This document shows positions 14,701 through 26,207 of a stretch of DNA of 64,000 nt, one piece after another. How positions within the stretch are numbered: position 1 is the first letter of the stretch; every line of letters begins with the position of its first letter. This DNA comes from Neodothiora populina (Eukaryota). A model generated the notes under the pieces. It saw only the letters and a list, made by a program, of their open reading frames with translations. It ran no database searches and was not told where the DNA came from. Location: contig NW_027191415.1 of the NCBI RefSeq assembly GCF_041146345.1, positions 1,240,001 to 1,304,000 of the forward strand. Reading direction: 5' to 3'. The translations under genes were made by a program, and so were the position numbers.

Positions 14701-15086
14701 GAATGAACCGACGGGTTGAATAGAGCTGGGTCGCTATGTCTTGTCGTCGTCTGTCTGTTGTCGATTTGCTTTCGTGACTGAGGCTCATCAGTCTCGGATT
14801 GCGACGTCCCGATCAGGAAGGAACTCACCGTAGCAGATGTATTGAAAGATCTGGAAGGAGCTGGAGCGCTACTTAGGAAGGAGGCCCGGTTGCTGAGACC
14901 TGCACTTCTTCGGCCTCTCAGGAGTGAGAGACTCTGATCACGGCCATTACTGTGTAAAGCACTTGACGATGCGCCTTTACGAGAAAGCGATGAACTATAA
15001 AGGCGTTGTTGCTTAATAGCACAACTCCAGCACACCGTCGAGAAGTCTTGCGACCTACGCGATGCTTCGGTCCGAACACTCAGCAT
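11736..15086 (-). CDS. cyt-4: Mitochondrial RNB-family 3'-5' exoribonuclease (Cyt-4/Dss1 type, mitochondrial degradosome)
   Basis: 1116-aa single ORF. RNB motifs FCIDGEGAHEIDDGLS, HIANPT, SIYMPE and YSKVTSPLRRYGDMVLHWQI. Arg/Ser-rich N-terminus resembles a presequence. Confidence 0.9.
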   Translation of the reverse strand: MLSVRTEASRRSQDFSTVCWSCAIKQQRLYSSSLSRKGASSSALHSNGRDQSLSLLRGRRSAGLSNRASFLSSAPAPSRSFNTSATVSSFLIGTSQSETDEPQSRKQIDNRQTTTRHSDPALFNPSVHSAKNDPEFAPVDVLKSKIRQQLKIWNDEHGSDKTLEFPEGDDMNGNGEMGNDFTRLSDTDNFKRPLEAEENERDDISAMTQAKTEDIEDFDPQHRFLTKGDLVELEFLNSEREAAIAVFVRRVGTTPPQAQFYTVNGKWIHMSEKAIQYAIPGLIDPKMLDPILPYLPDQEVNDELLERAQLFDLSVPRDVSAPLVSRMLRFQRESDEIYRKNARSLDDAHDILAHHENLQFGSLEQVASQLLKGSSKSDDLKSAAALFTVRKALARAGFAFGTDRRSHRLTGFIQIRPKKQVATVEKVRNWIREWQDALASSVASKQKVVVYKGGARSVNNFILKARGLVEESRKTRQPTTSGRVSTGTQLFPITQTEHSYRSRRSVEFDADDRELIKFLEGWSCSNLFMGLPRVAALPPLILQATGMYNDYTLSQKTGYLFLQEIGVLVPWENRVRHDQHLLLPTSQHSKPLSRLDSQLQQLGAEDDPGLVDSMSELRKDWGDLAVFCIDGEGAHEIDDGLSVEKSGEDFWVHIHIANPTAFFDPEHPLATMSRHLTESIYMPERAYMMLPSWATKRYFSLTKNRPCLTFSAKMNAEGETLELKVTPGLIRNVHQISPDAVAKAIGVYDASQEDDVLTVGGQVPHSTERKTGSSLKPEHVEMLRTMQDLAEKRQKKRREAGGLFLDSHRADVSVWSGWNRPGLGWDHPSHHHARFIDGEPVIQYRSKQLISWFSTGESVSDILVQEMMLLCCEIGAQWSAERNIPAIYRGTIPHPYAVDPEEYYRDVMEPAMAKNGGEAPMHLAVEYLRSAGTTILNTTPLPHKVLGLNHYSKVTSPLRRYGDMVLHWQIEAALRKEAETGKSLLGNKSEDFLPFNTASLNHMATSLHPREMIIRRATRYSEDFWITQLFFRAFYYGECELPKTFHAYLGQRPQTQIGEVAVILKEYSLPCAMWKPDLYGLSEAKAGDWWEVEILEVDCFFRKIVMKPLRLISRWE

Positions 15087-15506
15087 CTATGTGTAAGTAC
15101 AGAGAGCAAATTGTTTGAGAATAAGATGGTGCTGACGATGCTTGAAGAGATGGACGAACAGCATTTGCCTCTGTAGACAATAATTTACGATAGCATACAT
15201 CATCGGATGTCTGTGCGTTCTCGGGGGTCTCGATTTGGCCGCAAACGTGACAACCATCGCTGACATCTTAGATTTCGCCTCGGCATGCGACTTACTTCAC
15301 GACGATAGAAACATCACTCTTCCGGTAAGTGCAACAGGTTGGTGCTTATTCTCATTCTTCTTTCATGAAAATAGCCATACGACATGCTCATCTAGATGCT
15401 GGAGTTCGAATGGCACTTGACCATGATCATCTTTCGATATATTATTTTATGTTATCGAGCAAAATAGTTCTAGCGCTTGTCAACTGACAGTCTGGCAGGT
15501 CGCACC

Positions 15507-15785
15507 ATGTCCGCTCCAAGGGCCCCGGCCGGCCATTTCACAGTCCTCTATTTTGCGGCTGCCTCTTCGTTTACGCGGAAGCAGCATGATCACTTGCCGG
15601 CGCCGCTAGAGATACCAGCTCTTCTCGACGAACTCAACAGGCGCTACCCCGGCATCAAGGACAAGGTCTTGACTAGCTCTGCACTCACGGTCAATCTGGA
15701 GTACGTGGACTTGGATGAGGCCAAAGGTGTCTTTATCCAGGAATACGATGAGGTTGCGATTATACCGCCAGTCAGCTCCGGATGA
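15507..15785 (+). CDS. cnxG: Molybdopterin synthase sulfur-carrier subunit (MOCS2A/MoaD)
   Basis: 92-aa ubiquitin-like ThiS/MoaD pattern: FTVLYFAAA...DEVAIIPPVS. Here the end is SSG, not canonical SGG, but it keeps the terminal Gly. ATG in CACCATG context; probable 5'UTR intron 15325-15498. Confidence 0.9.
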   Translation: MSAPRAPAGHFTVLYFAAASSFTRKQHDHLPAPLEIPALLDELNRRYPGIKDKVLTSSALTVNLEYVDLDEAKGVFIQEYDEVAIIPPVSSG

Positions 15786-16910
15786 GGATGGACGGACATC
15801 TTACTGTCAGCAGTAAAGGACCCGCAAATGATGGCTCAGCCGCCGCGTTGTCCGCTTGATCTATGCTTTCACATGGGATGCAGATCTACGCTATGAGCAT
15901 TGTGGAAGCTTGTCGGCTTCGAGTCCTGGACAAGCCCTCGGGAACTATGCGCTACACATATAGAGCTTTACAAATCTCTGCGAAAGCCTTTTGGAAAAGG
16001 CATACTTAATGATGAATGAATGTTAACGATGTCAACGTGCCTGGGAAGGACGGGTCCGCTTTTCTGCAGGACTTTATGGGCGATATATGTAGATATTCTG
16101 CATTCCCAAATCACTCCCGAAGCTCGGAACGGATGTATTCTTGAGTGCTGTCTAGGATCTGCCTATTACGTTTTCACCTAGACATGTTACTGAATGTGAG
16201 AGCAGCATCTGTGCAAATTCAATGTTCATCATGACTTCGACCACATGGCGGCGAGCGAGGACTGCGCGAGTCACACCATTGTCGAGCGAGTCATTTCTTC
16301 GCATCATGCCACTCGGCGCATGATCAGGTGAAAGGGTGCAGTCGATGAGTCCAGGCAGTAGACACAAATCGGAAGGAGGAAGCCGAAGCGGTGTCTTGGC
16401 AGGAAAGAGCACGGTGTGGCTGCTGCATGTGGTAGGAACAGACGAGTCGACAGGGTTCAGCGCATCTCCGCTCCCGCATCAGCGCATCCAACTGTATCCA
16501 TCACTCGGTCAGATAAACTGTACGTCCAGGGTTCAGGGCGTATAGTCTACTGTACTGTGTTGTGCTGTACTTCATTCGACGAGGTGTGAGAAGTAGACAT
16601 TGCTCGTCATACCATCCAGCGCTCTGACAAGCATTCGAGTTGTGGAATTGGAGTCCGACTTTTCACGCCTTCTCTAGCTGCCGCCTTACGCTGGTGATAA
16701 GATTCATATCGATACATGCAGGCTCGCGCCACGCCTTAGTCATATTCATAGCTGAAGAGTGAATCTGTAGCTGTAGAGTTGCACTTTTGCTTAGTGGTTG
16801 TGTGGGCAGACAACCATTTTCCTGCCTCGGTCTTTTATTTCTTGTCTGCTGCGCTACATGCGCCAGCTAAAACAACGGCTATACACGAACAAGAAGCATC
16901 ACATTCCAAC

Positions 16911-19292
16911 ATGAGCGGGCCACAAGATCATCCTCCCCTTGATCCAAGGCTGATGCCTTCGGCACCCACTACCACGACTCCATTCAAGGTAGAAGACGCG
17001 CACTATCAACGACCACCTGCGCCACTTCCTTATCCGGTCGCGCATTCGACTCCGACACAGACGCGGGTATACAGCGAGACGCGCCCGGCAGAACCTAGTC
17101 AAGCCCAGCCATACTATGGATTGCAACATGGACGATCGCCGAGCGACGAGATCCCGGATACTGGCGATTCCAGTCGCCGTGAGAGCGGTGGCATGCTTAA
17201 TTTACATAATCAAAGGTGAGCTGTTGTCGCGTGAATCATGGTCAGGAACGTGTTCGCTGATTTCACCATCGCAGTCCAAATGGTGATGGTCAAGACCAAA
17301 AGCGCTCTCGCGCATGTGAAGCATGTCGCGGGCTCAAGGTGCGATGTGACATGGACGCTAATAACCCCAATGAGGCTTGTAAGCGTTGCAAAAAGGCAGG
17401 AAGGCAATGCATAGTCACGCAGCCAAGCAGAAGAAGGCAGAAGAAGTCAGACACAAGGGTAGCCGAACTGGAGCGAAAGATTGACGCTTTGACTGCCGTT
17501 CTTGCTTCGCAGCAGCAGCAGCAGCAGCAGCAACAGAATGGAGTTCATATATCACAGCCTGGACCGGGACCGGAACAATATCCCATACCTGGTTATCAAA
17601 GTGCGACTCCACAAAGCATGGCTGACAGCATTTCGCACCACGAGTCACGTCCCTCAATGTCCTCGGCCACTCCAGCTCAGACCTACCACATTCATACGGA
17701 TGAGTTGCCTGCCGATCCCGACTCCCAGCGTAGCAACAAACGCAGGAGAGTCGAGTCCATGTCAGGGCTCTGTGGTACGCACACTTCTTCTGAATTCTCC
17801 AAGGAAGCCGCCGATATCAAACATACCCAAGGCTGGCAAGGGCTACGACATGAACTAAACACCATCTTCCCTGTCAAGATTCGCGCCATAATCGCCGAGT
17901 TGGTCGAGCCTGAGCTCATGCAAGAGCTCTTTGACCATTTCATCGCTAACATGCTACCGCCCTTGCCTGCCATTGCATTCCCAGCTGGAACTACAGCAGA
18001 CCAGCTACTCCAGAGCAAACCCTTCTTGTTGCTGGCTGTTCTCACGGTCAGTTGCAGCTGCACCTTAATCGTCTCTGCCGAGCTCAAGTCCAGGTTGTAC
18101 GATGAGCTGTTCGGCGCCCTTGCCGAAGCAGTTATGCTCAAAGCCCATAAAAGTCTAGAGGTCCTCCAGGCGCTGCTGGTGACGTGTATTTGGCAGAAGC
18201 CGGCCGAGAAGCCTCCGTCGGCCAACTTTTATGTCATGATACACATAGCTGCAGTCATGGCTCTCGATCTGGGGTTGGGCAAGAAGTTCAATCCTGCCAA
18301 AGCAAAGCGTGGCTTTGGTGGGCCAGGCAGCGACCTGCCACCTGGACCCGCTCAGCTGGCTCTGGTTGATTCGGATTCCATTGAAGCCAGGCGAGCATGG
18401 CTAGTCTGCTATTATCTGAGTGCCAGTTCAGCACAATTCTTACGACGACCGAACCTGCTTCGTTGGACCAATTACATGAACCAGTGCGTTCAGGTGCTGG
18501 AGACTTCCCCCGATGCTCTACCGAGCGATCGCATGTTGGCGCAACACATCAAGATCCAACATATCTGCGAGGAGATCAACTCGTCGTTCGCACTGGATGA
18601 CCCTGAAGCCACTTCTATTTCCATTCTGGACCCCAAGGTCGCGTACACGTTGAATGTCCTCGAGGGCAAGTTGCGCGACTGGGAGGCTCAGATTCCTGAT
18701 GACCTGCGTAAGCCAGAGCTTTTGTTCTTCGCAAGTTCGACCTGTCTGTACCTCCATGAGATTGCTCTACATGTCAACCACAATACCGATGACTTCCGTC
18801 TACCATTCACGGAAGCAAGTCTCAAGTCAGGGAGTGAGCATGGCTTTGCTGCCACACTCACGCAAAACCAGATGACGTCGATAGAGGCTTGTCTCAAGGC
18901 ATCTCACGAGGCCATCGACGCCTTCTGCAGCTTTGACTCTGAAACTCAGGTGGTGCTACCACCGTTGAGCTTCTTTGTTCGTATCGTGTATGCCTTGATT
19001 GTTCTGATCAAGTTGCATGTCGCAGTGATATCCCCTGGGTCCGAGCTGGGCAAGATAATCAAACCAGCCGATGTCAAAGCGGCCGATTACCTGAATAAGT
19101 TATGGAACGTCTTCAAGAACATCACCGAGCAGCACCGCGGCTGTAACCATCACAAGCCCCAACACATTATTAGTATCTTACGAGATTGGGTCGGAACACA
19201 TCAACACGGCGACAGCAGCACCGCCAAAATCGGCTTGACAAAGGAATCGGGTGCCATGCATCCTCCTCAGCAGTCGCGTGGGTTGCAAGACA

Positions 19293-19331
<39 letters not shown>

Positions 19332-19904
19332 CCAGAAGTAACAGCGACGACAACCTGCGTGTGCTGAGCGAGGCAGCGACAGCAGGCGCCAACCCTCAGC
19401 AACCGAGCGCTCAGTGGACGTTCGACGGATCCTCGACTCCATCGGTGCATCCAACTCCTTATAGTGCACGCAACAACAGCGCGTCGGCGCCTTCGTCGAC
19501 GGTGGTGTCTACACCGCAGACATACGCGGGCAACAACGACGCAGCGTATGGAGGAAACAACAATGTCTTCACGACGCAAGATTTCGGCATGAACGACGGG
19601 TTGGACTGGGCGGCTGGTCTGGACTTTGAGCAAGCGGTCAATGTCGCGCTGCAGGACCTTGATTTCAGCGGTGACTTGTTTGGTATGTGATCCCTCCTTT
19701 TTCTGCCAAACTGTCAAACTAATTACATGCACAACAACAACAGGCTCTTTCTACGGAAACGGCGCAGACGCTTTTCAGATCTCTAGCGATGTCGTCAACG
19801 CCGGTGCCGGTGCACAACATGCAGGCGGGGGAACAGCAGGAGGACGCGGCGGACAAGGCGGCGGAGGAGGAGGAGGAGGAGGAGGACCTGGTGTCAGGTG
19901 GTAG
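16911..19904 (+). CDS. Zn(II)2Cys6 transcription factor, War1/PriB-like; 3 exons (16911-17215, 17275-19682, 19744-19904)
   Basis: RACEACRGLKVRCD...CKRCKKAGRQC cluster after splicing, then coiled coil RVAELERKIDAL and an MHR (AAVMALDLGL, EARRAWLVCYY). Two CAG-encoded polyQ tracts and a GGA-encoded polyGly tail. Confidence 0.9.
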
Positions 19905-19997
19905 AATCTTTCAGCTGTGTATCATTTACATTTGATATCCTCTTTTTTGTTTCTTGCTTCTTCTTTTCCCTTCCGGCTGTGTGTGTGTGTGTCATTT

Positions 19998-20032
<35 letters not shown>

Positions 20033-21451
20033 CTAAAAGGTAGACGTAGATGTCAAGGTGAAGAAAATCAAATGGTCAAGACGAGTACGCCCGTCCCGAT
20101 CGTCCTGATAGTATGAAACGAAGAAGACTCGCCTTGTTTCCTTTCGTCCGTTCTACTTTCATTGCCTCAGGTTCGTAGTTTGGATCATACATAAGACATA
20201 GGACAGGAAGTACATCTTCCTAGAGACAGATCGGTCCTTCTCCATATGCTGTTGTTGCCGACGTTGTTGTCGACGGTATTGCTGTTGCCGACGTTGCTGT
20301 TGCCGACGATGCTGTTGCTGTTTAGAGAAAGGTGAAGCGTGAGAGAGAGCGAGACAGCAGACAGCAGACAGCAGACAGCAGACAGCAGACAAAAGTGGAC
20401 AGGGTATCCCCCTCCATTCCCCTCCATTCCCATCTCTATCCCCATCCATCCCCCTTCCTCATCTCGATTGCCGCGACACGACGCTGTATCTGTACTGTAC
20501 CATATCGACTACTGCGTCGTCGCTGCTATAGAGTGATGAGTTGAATACTGCGCTGGCGGGCTACTGTAAGCTTGTCCTTTTTGTGTTGTATTATCTATAC
20601 TATTTATACTATTTATACTATTTATACTATTTATACTATTTATACTATTTATACTATCTATACTATACTGCATTATACAGTACTATACCGGAAAAGCACG
20701 GGCAGCCACTATTACGCTGAGACAGCAAATTAGGACGTGTATTGTTTCAAACACCATAATACTGTGCATGCGTGACTACCATTGTTCGTGTCATCTACAT
20801 ACACATGAGCGAGAGAGTGATCCACGAGCGTGCGTATAGTATAGACTGGTAAGACACACGGGTAAACAAAGTCTGAACAACGAGAGTTCTTGAAGAAGAA
20901 CTTGGGTTGCTTAAGAAGAGAAACGAGAACGAGACGAGACGAGATGAGACGAGACGAGATGAGACGAGATGACTATACGTCAAGATATCAAAAGGTCAAT
21001 TAACGGAGAGAAGGTAGACGTGACCCGTCCGTCCGGGGTCAAAAGACCATATGTATTCACGTTCCCTGTGAATCAGAGTAAGAAATAAGAATAAACAATA
21101 AGAAGAAGAAACCCCTGACTAAAAGACAAAACAGAAACGCCTTCGCTATGTGTTTCGAACAAGTACGCACGCATGCATGCATGCATGCTTGCTTGCTTGC
21201 TTGCGTGCTCGCGGGATAGACAGACTGAAATGGAAAAATTGTGCGGTTTTGAAGGCATTAGACTCGTCGCTGCTTCTTCTGTCCTCGCCTTACTCCTTCT
21301 GTGTCTTTGAAGATTGGGGGTTGGGACTTGGTAATGCTTTCCCTGGTTTCTCTTTGGCCTGCTGTTCGAAGGAGAGGGATAAGGATCTAAAAGCCCGGCG
21401 AAACAGAACAGACTGTACTCCAGAGGAGACCAACAGGATTCAAACGCAAGA
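19905..21451. repeat. Cluster of simple sequence repeats in the convergent intergenic gap
   Basis: (TG)n ~19978-19992; (TCAAGG)x~6 19998-20032; degenerate 15-mer TGCTGTTGCCGACGT ~20247-20320; (GACAGCA)x5 20353-20391; (TATACTATT)x~8 20596-20666; (GAGAY)x8 20931-20970; (GCAT)4(GCTT)4 21171-21202. Confidence 0.95.
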
Positions 21452-24400
21452 CTATTGCTCTTGTTGTTGCTGCTGCTGCAACGGCGGTCTCGAAAGTCCA
21501 CTCTCCAAGTCCCCTCTCATGCTCATCGCCCGCTCTTCTTCCGAAATAAATTCGGCACTGTCCCCCTGTCCGATATGCGCTGCTCGGACATTTTGAAATA
21601 CAGTCGCGTCGCCGGTGTTTCTGTGGCTCACGGTGCCCATGCTGGTGGGGCGGTCCAGATCCTCGAATTCTGCGCCGCCGAGACTGTTTTGGAAGCGCGG
21701 GTGATGAGGGATATAAGTGTTTGTGCCGGCACTCGAGTTGCGTCTGCTGTTCTTGCGAGGGACTGAGGGCGCAGGTGGGGCGATGGTCGTGGGCATCGTC
21801 GCGCCGTCACCTCCTGCTGCTGCTGCTGCTGCTGATGCTGCTGTTGGCGCGTCGACTGACTGGTAGTGGTGGTCGCCGAGGTTGAAGCTTCCACTGCGGA
21901 CGATAGCCGGCAGACTAAACGGCGACGATCGACGACGCGCTTCTCTTGCTGCGTCTTCGTCGTCGTCGCTGTCCTGATCGTCACTACTGTCGGGATCCCA
22001 GGTGCCGTCGAGACGTGTGGTTATGCCCGAGGGTATCCTACGCTCGGGGTTTCTCACTCTGACAACATCTGGACTGTCGCTGACATCCCTCTCTGCTCCG
22101 CCAGATACCTGTCTGCTCTGACCTACTTCCGGAGAGTCTCGATACGGCGGGTAGTTCATCGGCGGACTCGTCTGCAACTCTTCGCCCTCGTCCGGATCAT
22201 CGCCGAAACGGTCGCCTTGCTGGTCGCGACTCATGGTCGGTGGCATCCTACTGCTCCTGACCACCTCAAAGCCCTTTCCGGTTTCTTTGCTCTTGCCCTT
22301 GAACAGGCGCTGGAACCACGACGAGGCATTGGACACGGGGCCCATGGGATCTGCGGGACCGGTCTTGAGTTTTCTCGTCGGCCCACCTTCGCTGAGCGCT
22401 GGACCTCGCACTCCGTAATAGAAATCGACTTCGCGCACAGCGTAATCTGTGCGTTCGCGAGGCAGGTCTCCCAGGTCTGTATCGGAAGCGCCCCGATGAT
22501 GCGAGCGCAGATATGCCGGCACAGGAGTGTCGTGCTCAAGCGAATCACGTTCCGCGCCGGCCTTGCTGCTGTGCGCGGGAGAGTCCATGTACGGCGCCTT
22601 GGTCCACTCGCCAGAATGTCGTGATTTAGCACCGGGAGTCAAGATGTCGTTTGTGTTCCTCCGCGCTCGTGGAGGGCGATAATAAGGATCCGAGAGGGGT
22701 TGCTCCGTCTTTATGCCCAGAATCGGACGTTTCGCACCCGTGGGTCCGGCGACACTGCTGGCTGAGCCGGGGATGACACTCCCAGCCGCATTGCTCGCGC
22801 CGGGAGTCTCCAAGCCTTGAGAAGTGGCGTAGTCTTGGTCGAAGTTGTCGAAACCGCTTGACCTGGGATCTAATTGCTGATTCAGCAACATCTGCGAGCT
22901 GGCAGACATGCTTCTCGACCTAGTGCCTCCCATGAGATTGAGAGATTTTGCGTCGGAATCATTCGCCAACATGGCAGCGTCAGACGTCATACTATTGGCT
23001 CTGCCCTTTCCTGGCTCGCGCTTGGCCAACTGGCGCCAGCTGTATGAGATGAGTCCGCCTCTCTGCGCACCATGCTGGGGGTCACCTCCCGCGCCGGCCA
23101 TCCTGGCACCGACTTCTATCAGGGTCTGTATGGCGTTGATGAAGAATCCAAACACCAGCACTGCGGCGTGGAGAAGAAGAATGGCATATCCAATCCATCC
23201 CTTTGGTCCTTCGGTGACGCCCAGAGAAGGCACAAAGGCCACACTCAGCAGAATGGCGGCCAGACGAGCGGCGGCGAAGAAGGTATGGTAGGCGTTCATG
23301 TGGGTGGGCGAGTGGAAGGGCTTGAAGGCGTGAAGGGTCAGGATCAAGACGACTTCGCAGATGGCGAGTACAATAATCTGGGCGATCCCGGACGGCTGCA
23401 CCGCACCGATTGCGACGCCGCGCATAAACGTAAGCACTGCGGGAATCAGAGCAAAGGGCGCCGCCTCGTCAGAGTAAGTGTTGTAGAGGGAGCCGTAGAG
23501 CAGAACAGTGGGAAGGTCGTCGAAGAGATATGCGCGCGGTTTGGTGCGGAAAATGAGGATCAGGATCCAACCGGCAAACACGATGATGGCGAGCAACAAT
23601 ATCACGGAGCAGGCGACGACGGCAGCGGTCGAGCGAGCGGCAATGACCAGCTGGAACATGGATATGGACACGACAGGCAGGAGAAAGTAGTTGAAGATGA
23701 CGCGCACAACCATGCCACCACTGAGCGGCCAGTTCTTGGAGCGCAAGTCTTCCTCGGACGTCGAGGTCAGGAAGCGGTAGAGCCAGCGGGACAGGAAGCC
23801 GATCTGGCAGATGACGACGGCGATGGCGCACAAGACGACGAGCCAGATGGCCATGCAGGCCCACGTGTCTCTGACGGCCGTCATGCCGATCAGCTGGCTC
23901 ATCCTCGTCATGCCGTATGTTCCGTTGGTGAAGTAGATGCCGTCGGAGAGCGACTGTGTGCCGGCGCCGTGAGACACGAAGCTCTCGTTGAACAGCAGGG
24001 CGGACCAGGCGACATTGCGCGTGGCGGGCTGGTAGAAGCCAGGGTAGTTCAGCGTCAGAGCGCCCGTCAGGAAGATGAACTGGATGTACTGCAGGCAATC
24101 GTTGAAGCCAGGAGTGACCAGACGCAGCAGATCCTCGTCTCTGCCGTAGTTTGTCGTCCACTTGAAGGGATCCGTCGAGCCCCACGGACTGTAGACGGCG
24201 GCGGCGGCGGTGCCAATGGCGACGAAGCAGAGGACGGCGACGGGCAGATACGTCAAGAGCCCGACCAGTGTGCCTCCCAGCGCCGGAGTGATGTTGGCCG
24301 ATATACACGCCAGGTCGGGGGCGCCCGCATCGCCCGACTGTACTCTTAACGTTGCGGCGAAGGTGGCGAAGGCGTAGGAGCTGTGGAAGTTGTGGCCGAC

Positions 24401-24981
24401 AGAGAAGGCGGACAGCGAGTAGGGATCCGAGTAGTTGCCGCCGAGACTGGAAAAGGAGGGAGCCAGGGGACACTCGCCGCCGACGACGGATTGGCAGAAC
24501 TGGCTGGCGTTTGCGTCGTAGGCGCTGTAGGTGAGCACATTGAAGTCCTGGAAGAGGGTGGAGAAATGGTTGTTCGACGGCGAGACATCGAGGATTTTCC
24601 CGACTGGGTATACAAGGTCAGTGTGTGTCTTTTGTTGCTGTCTTACTCTGATGACATACAAGTGTCGTTTGGGTTCGTCCAGCTGGGATCCGTCGCCGGC
24701 GGATAGTTGCCCACGACGGCCTGGCCGGACACGTTTCCGTAGACGGTGATGTTGAGGTTGTGGTTCGGCGCCGACTCGTCGAAGCGCGCGTCGACATACA
24801 GAGGGATGAATTGCAGTTGTAGCGGATTCGAGATGATGATGTTCGGGTCCAGGCAGTTGTCGAAGTTGATGAAGACGGCAGTCGCTGATTCAAGCAGCAG
24901 CATCAGCATCATCCAAACCGACAACCGGACGAGCATCCTCGTCTTGGTCGTGTTCGACATTGCTGTCGGCATTCCTTTCAT
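21452..24981 (-). CDS. FLC/Pkd2-family TRP-like membrane protein (N-terminal ML-like domain, TRP transmembrane domain, long disordered tail); exons 24981-24660, 24603-21452
   Basis: Signal peptide, then FINFDNCL...LQFIPLYVDA...ECPL...LACISA (TRP_N/ML-like), PGFNDCLQYIQFIFLTGALTLNYPGFYQ and LYGSLYNTY. The intron GTATGT...CTGAC...CAG keeps the frame. Exact start codon uncertain (several Met). Confidence 0.9.
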
Positions 24982-25550
24982 GAGCCGCCGCCGCCGCCGT
25001 TGCCGCTGCTGCTGCTGCTGCTGCTGTTGTCGCGCCGCCGGCTGCTCGTCACTGCGGCGAATGTAGCCCGTGAAGACGGCATGGGCGTGTGGTGCTGCCT
25101 CGGACCTCGTCGTCGTCGTTGTCTTCTTTGTCGTCGTTGTCTGAATCGTTGCGGTTTTTGCGAATCCAAGAGAAAAGAAAACAGTCCGGTCAAAAGTATA
25201 CAATCAAGAAAAGAAAGGAGTCAAGAAAATAAAGAACACACGATGGCGCGCGCGGGTGGGAGGGTGATTTTTACAGTCCAGAAATGTAAATGGGGATTAC
25301 ATGTGTATATACGAAAGTACTACTACTCCTGTGGACTTGAGGATACGATGATTATAGTAGTCTACCAGGTTTTCGAGTATCTTTAGTCACTCGACATATG
25401 CGTCGATGTCATCGGGGAACCGTTCGCAAAGTATCATCGGGCGCGTTTTATTTTAGCTTCTGTGATTCTTTTGGCATTAGGTTGCTAGTAATTACTAGAA
25501 AACTAGAACGACACACGCGTGCAGCCAGCGAGAGAGACTGCATTTTTGTT

Positions 25551-26207
25551 TATTGCTATTGCTGTCGCTATTGCCATTGCTATTGCTATACCTCTGGTGA
25601 CGACTCTACCGTGCAATATGGTAATCAATCATGACTTTAAAGTAGCCGTGCTTCCCTGTACGTATTGTTGTACACCTACCTTACTGTACCTTACGAGAAC
25701 TCTTCTTTCGTCTCCACTCCACCACCTCATCAGCTGCATCCAAGGAACGCCAACCCGCAGTTGTGGGAAAGACGGATGCTCACTTGTACGCGCATTCCCC
25801 TGTCAATCGCCAAGCAACAGGAAATCAACTTTCGCTCTCTGCCGTGCCACCAGGATCGCAGGAGGGTCATGGCCTGAACCTGGACACCACCAAGTCTCTG
25901 GATTTGGCAAAGCAGTCGCCCGGACAAGGACATAGAGACGCAGCGTGAGAGGGGAGACAGGTTGCCTCACATGCACTGTACAGTACTGTTGGTTTCTACT
26001 GTACTCCGCGGGTTGGTTCAGCATTCCCCTCCTTCATCCTTCTCTCTCATAATACACATCCCCCGGTCGAACCGAAAAGGGACGCCGCACTGTACAGTAT
26101 ACTATTAATATCCCCTCGCCCATTTCTTCTCTTTTTCAACCAACTCTAAGAGCCGCCGACCAGCCAGCCAAGCAGCCCAGCATGCAGGCAGGCAGGCAGG
26201 CAGGCAG
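25551..26207. repeat. Microsatellites upstream of the FLC gene
   Basis: (TATTGC)n 25551-25589; (GCAG)x6 26184-26207. Confidence 0.85.

Noticed and set aside
20247..20666. Tandem 15-bp and 9-bp repeats as a CRISPR-like array or small repeat protein
   Set aside because: Eukaryotic context, no unique spacers; the overlapping ORFs are artefacts of simple repeats.
23072..24473. 425-aa antisense and 334-aa alternative-frame ORFs over FLC
   Set aside because: Low-complexity products expected from GC-rich coding sequence.
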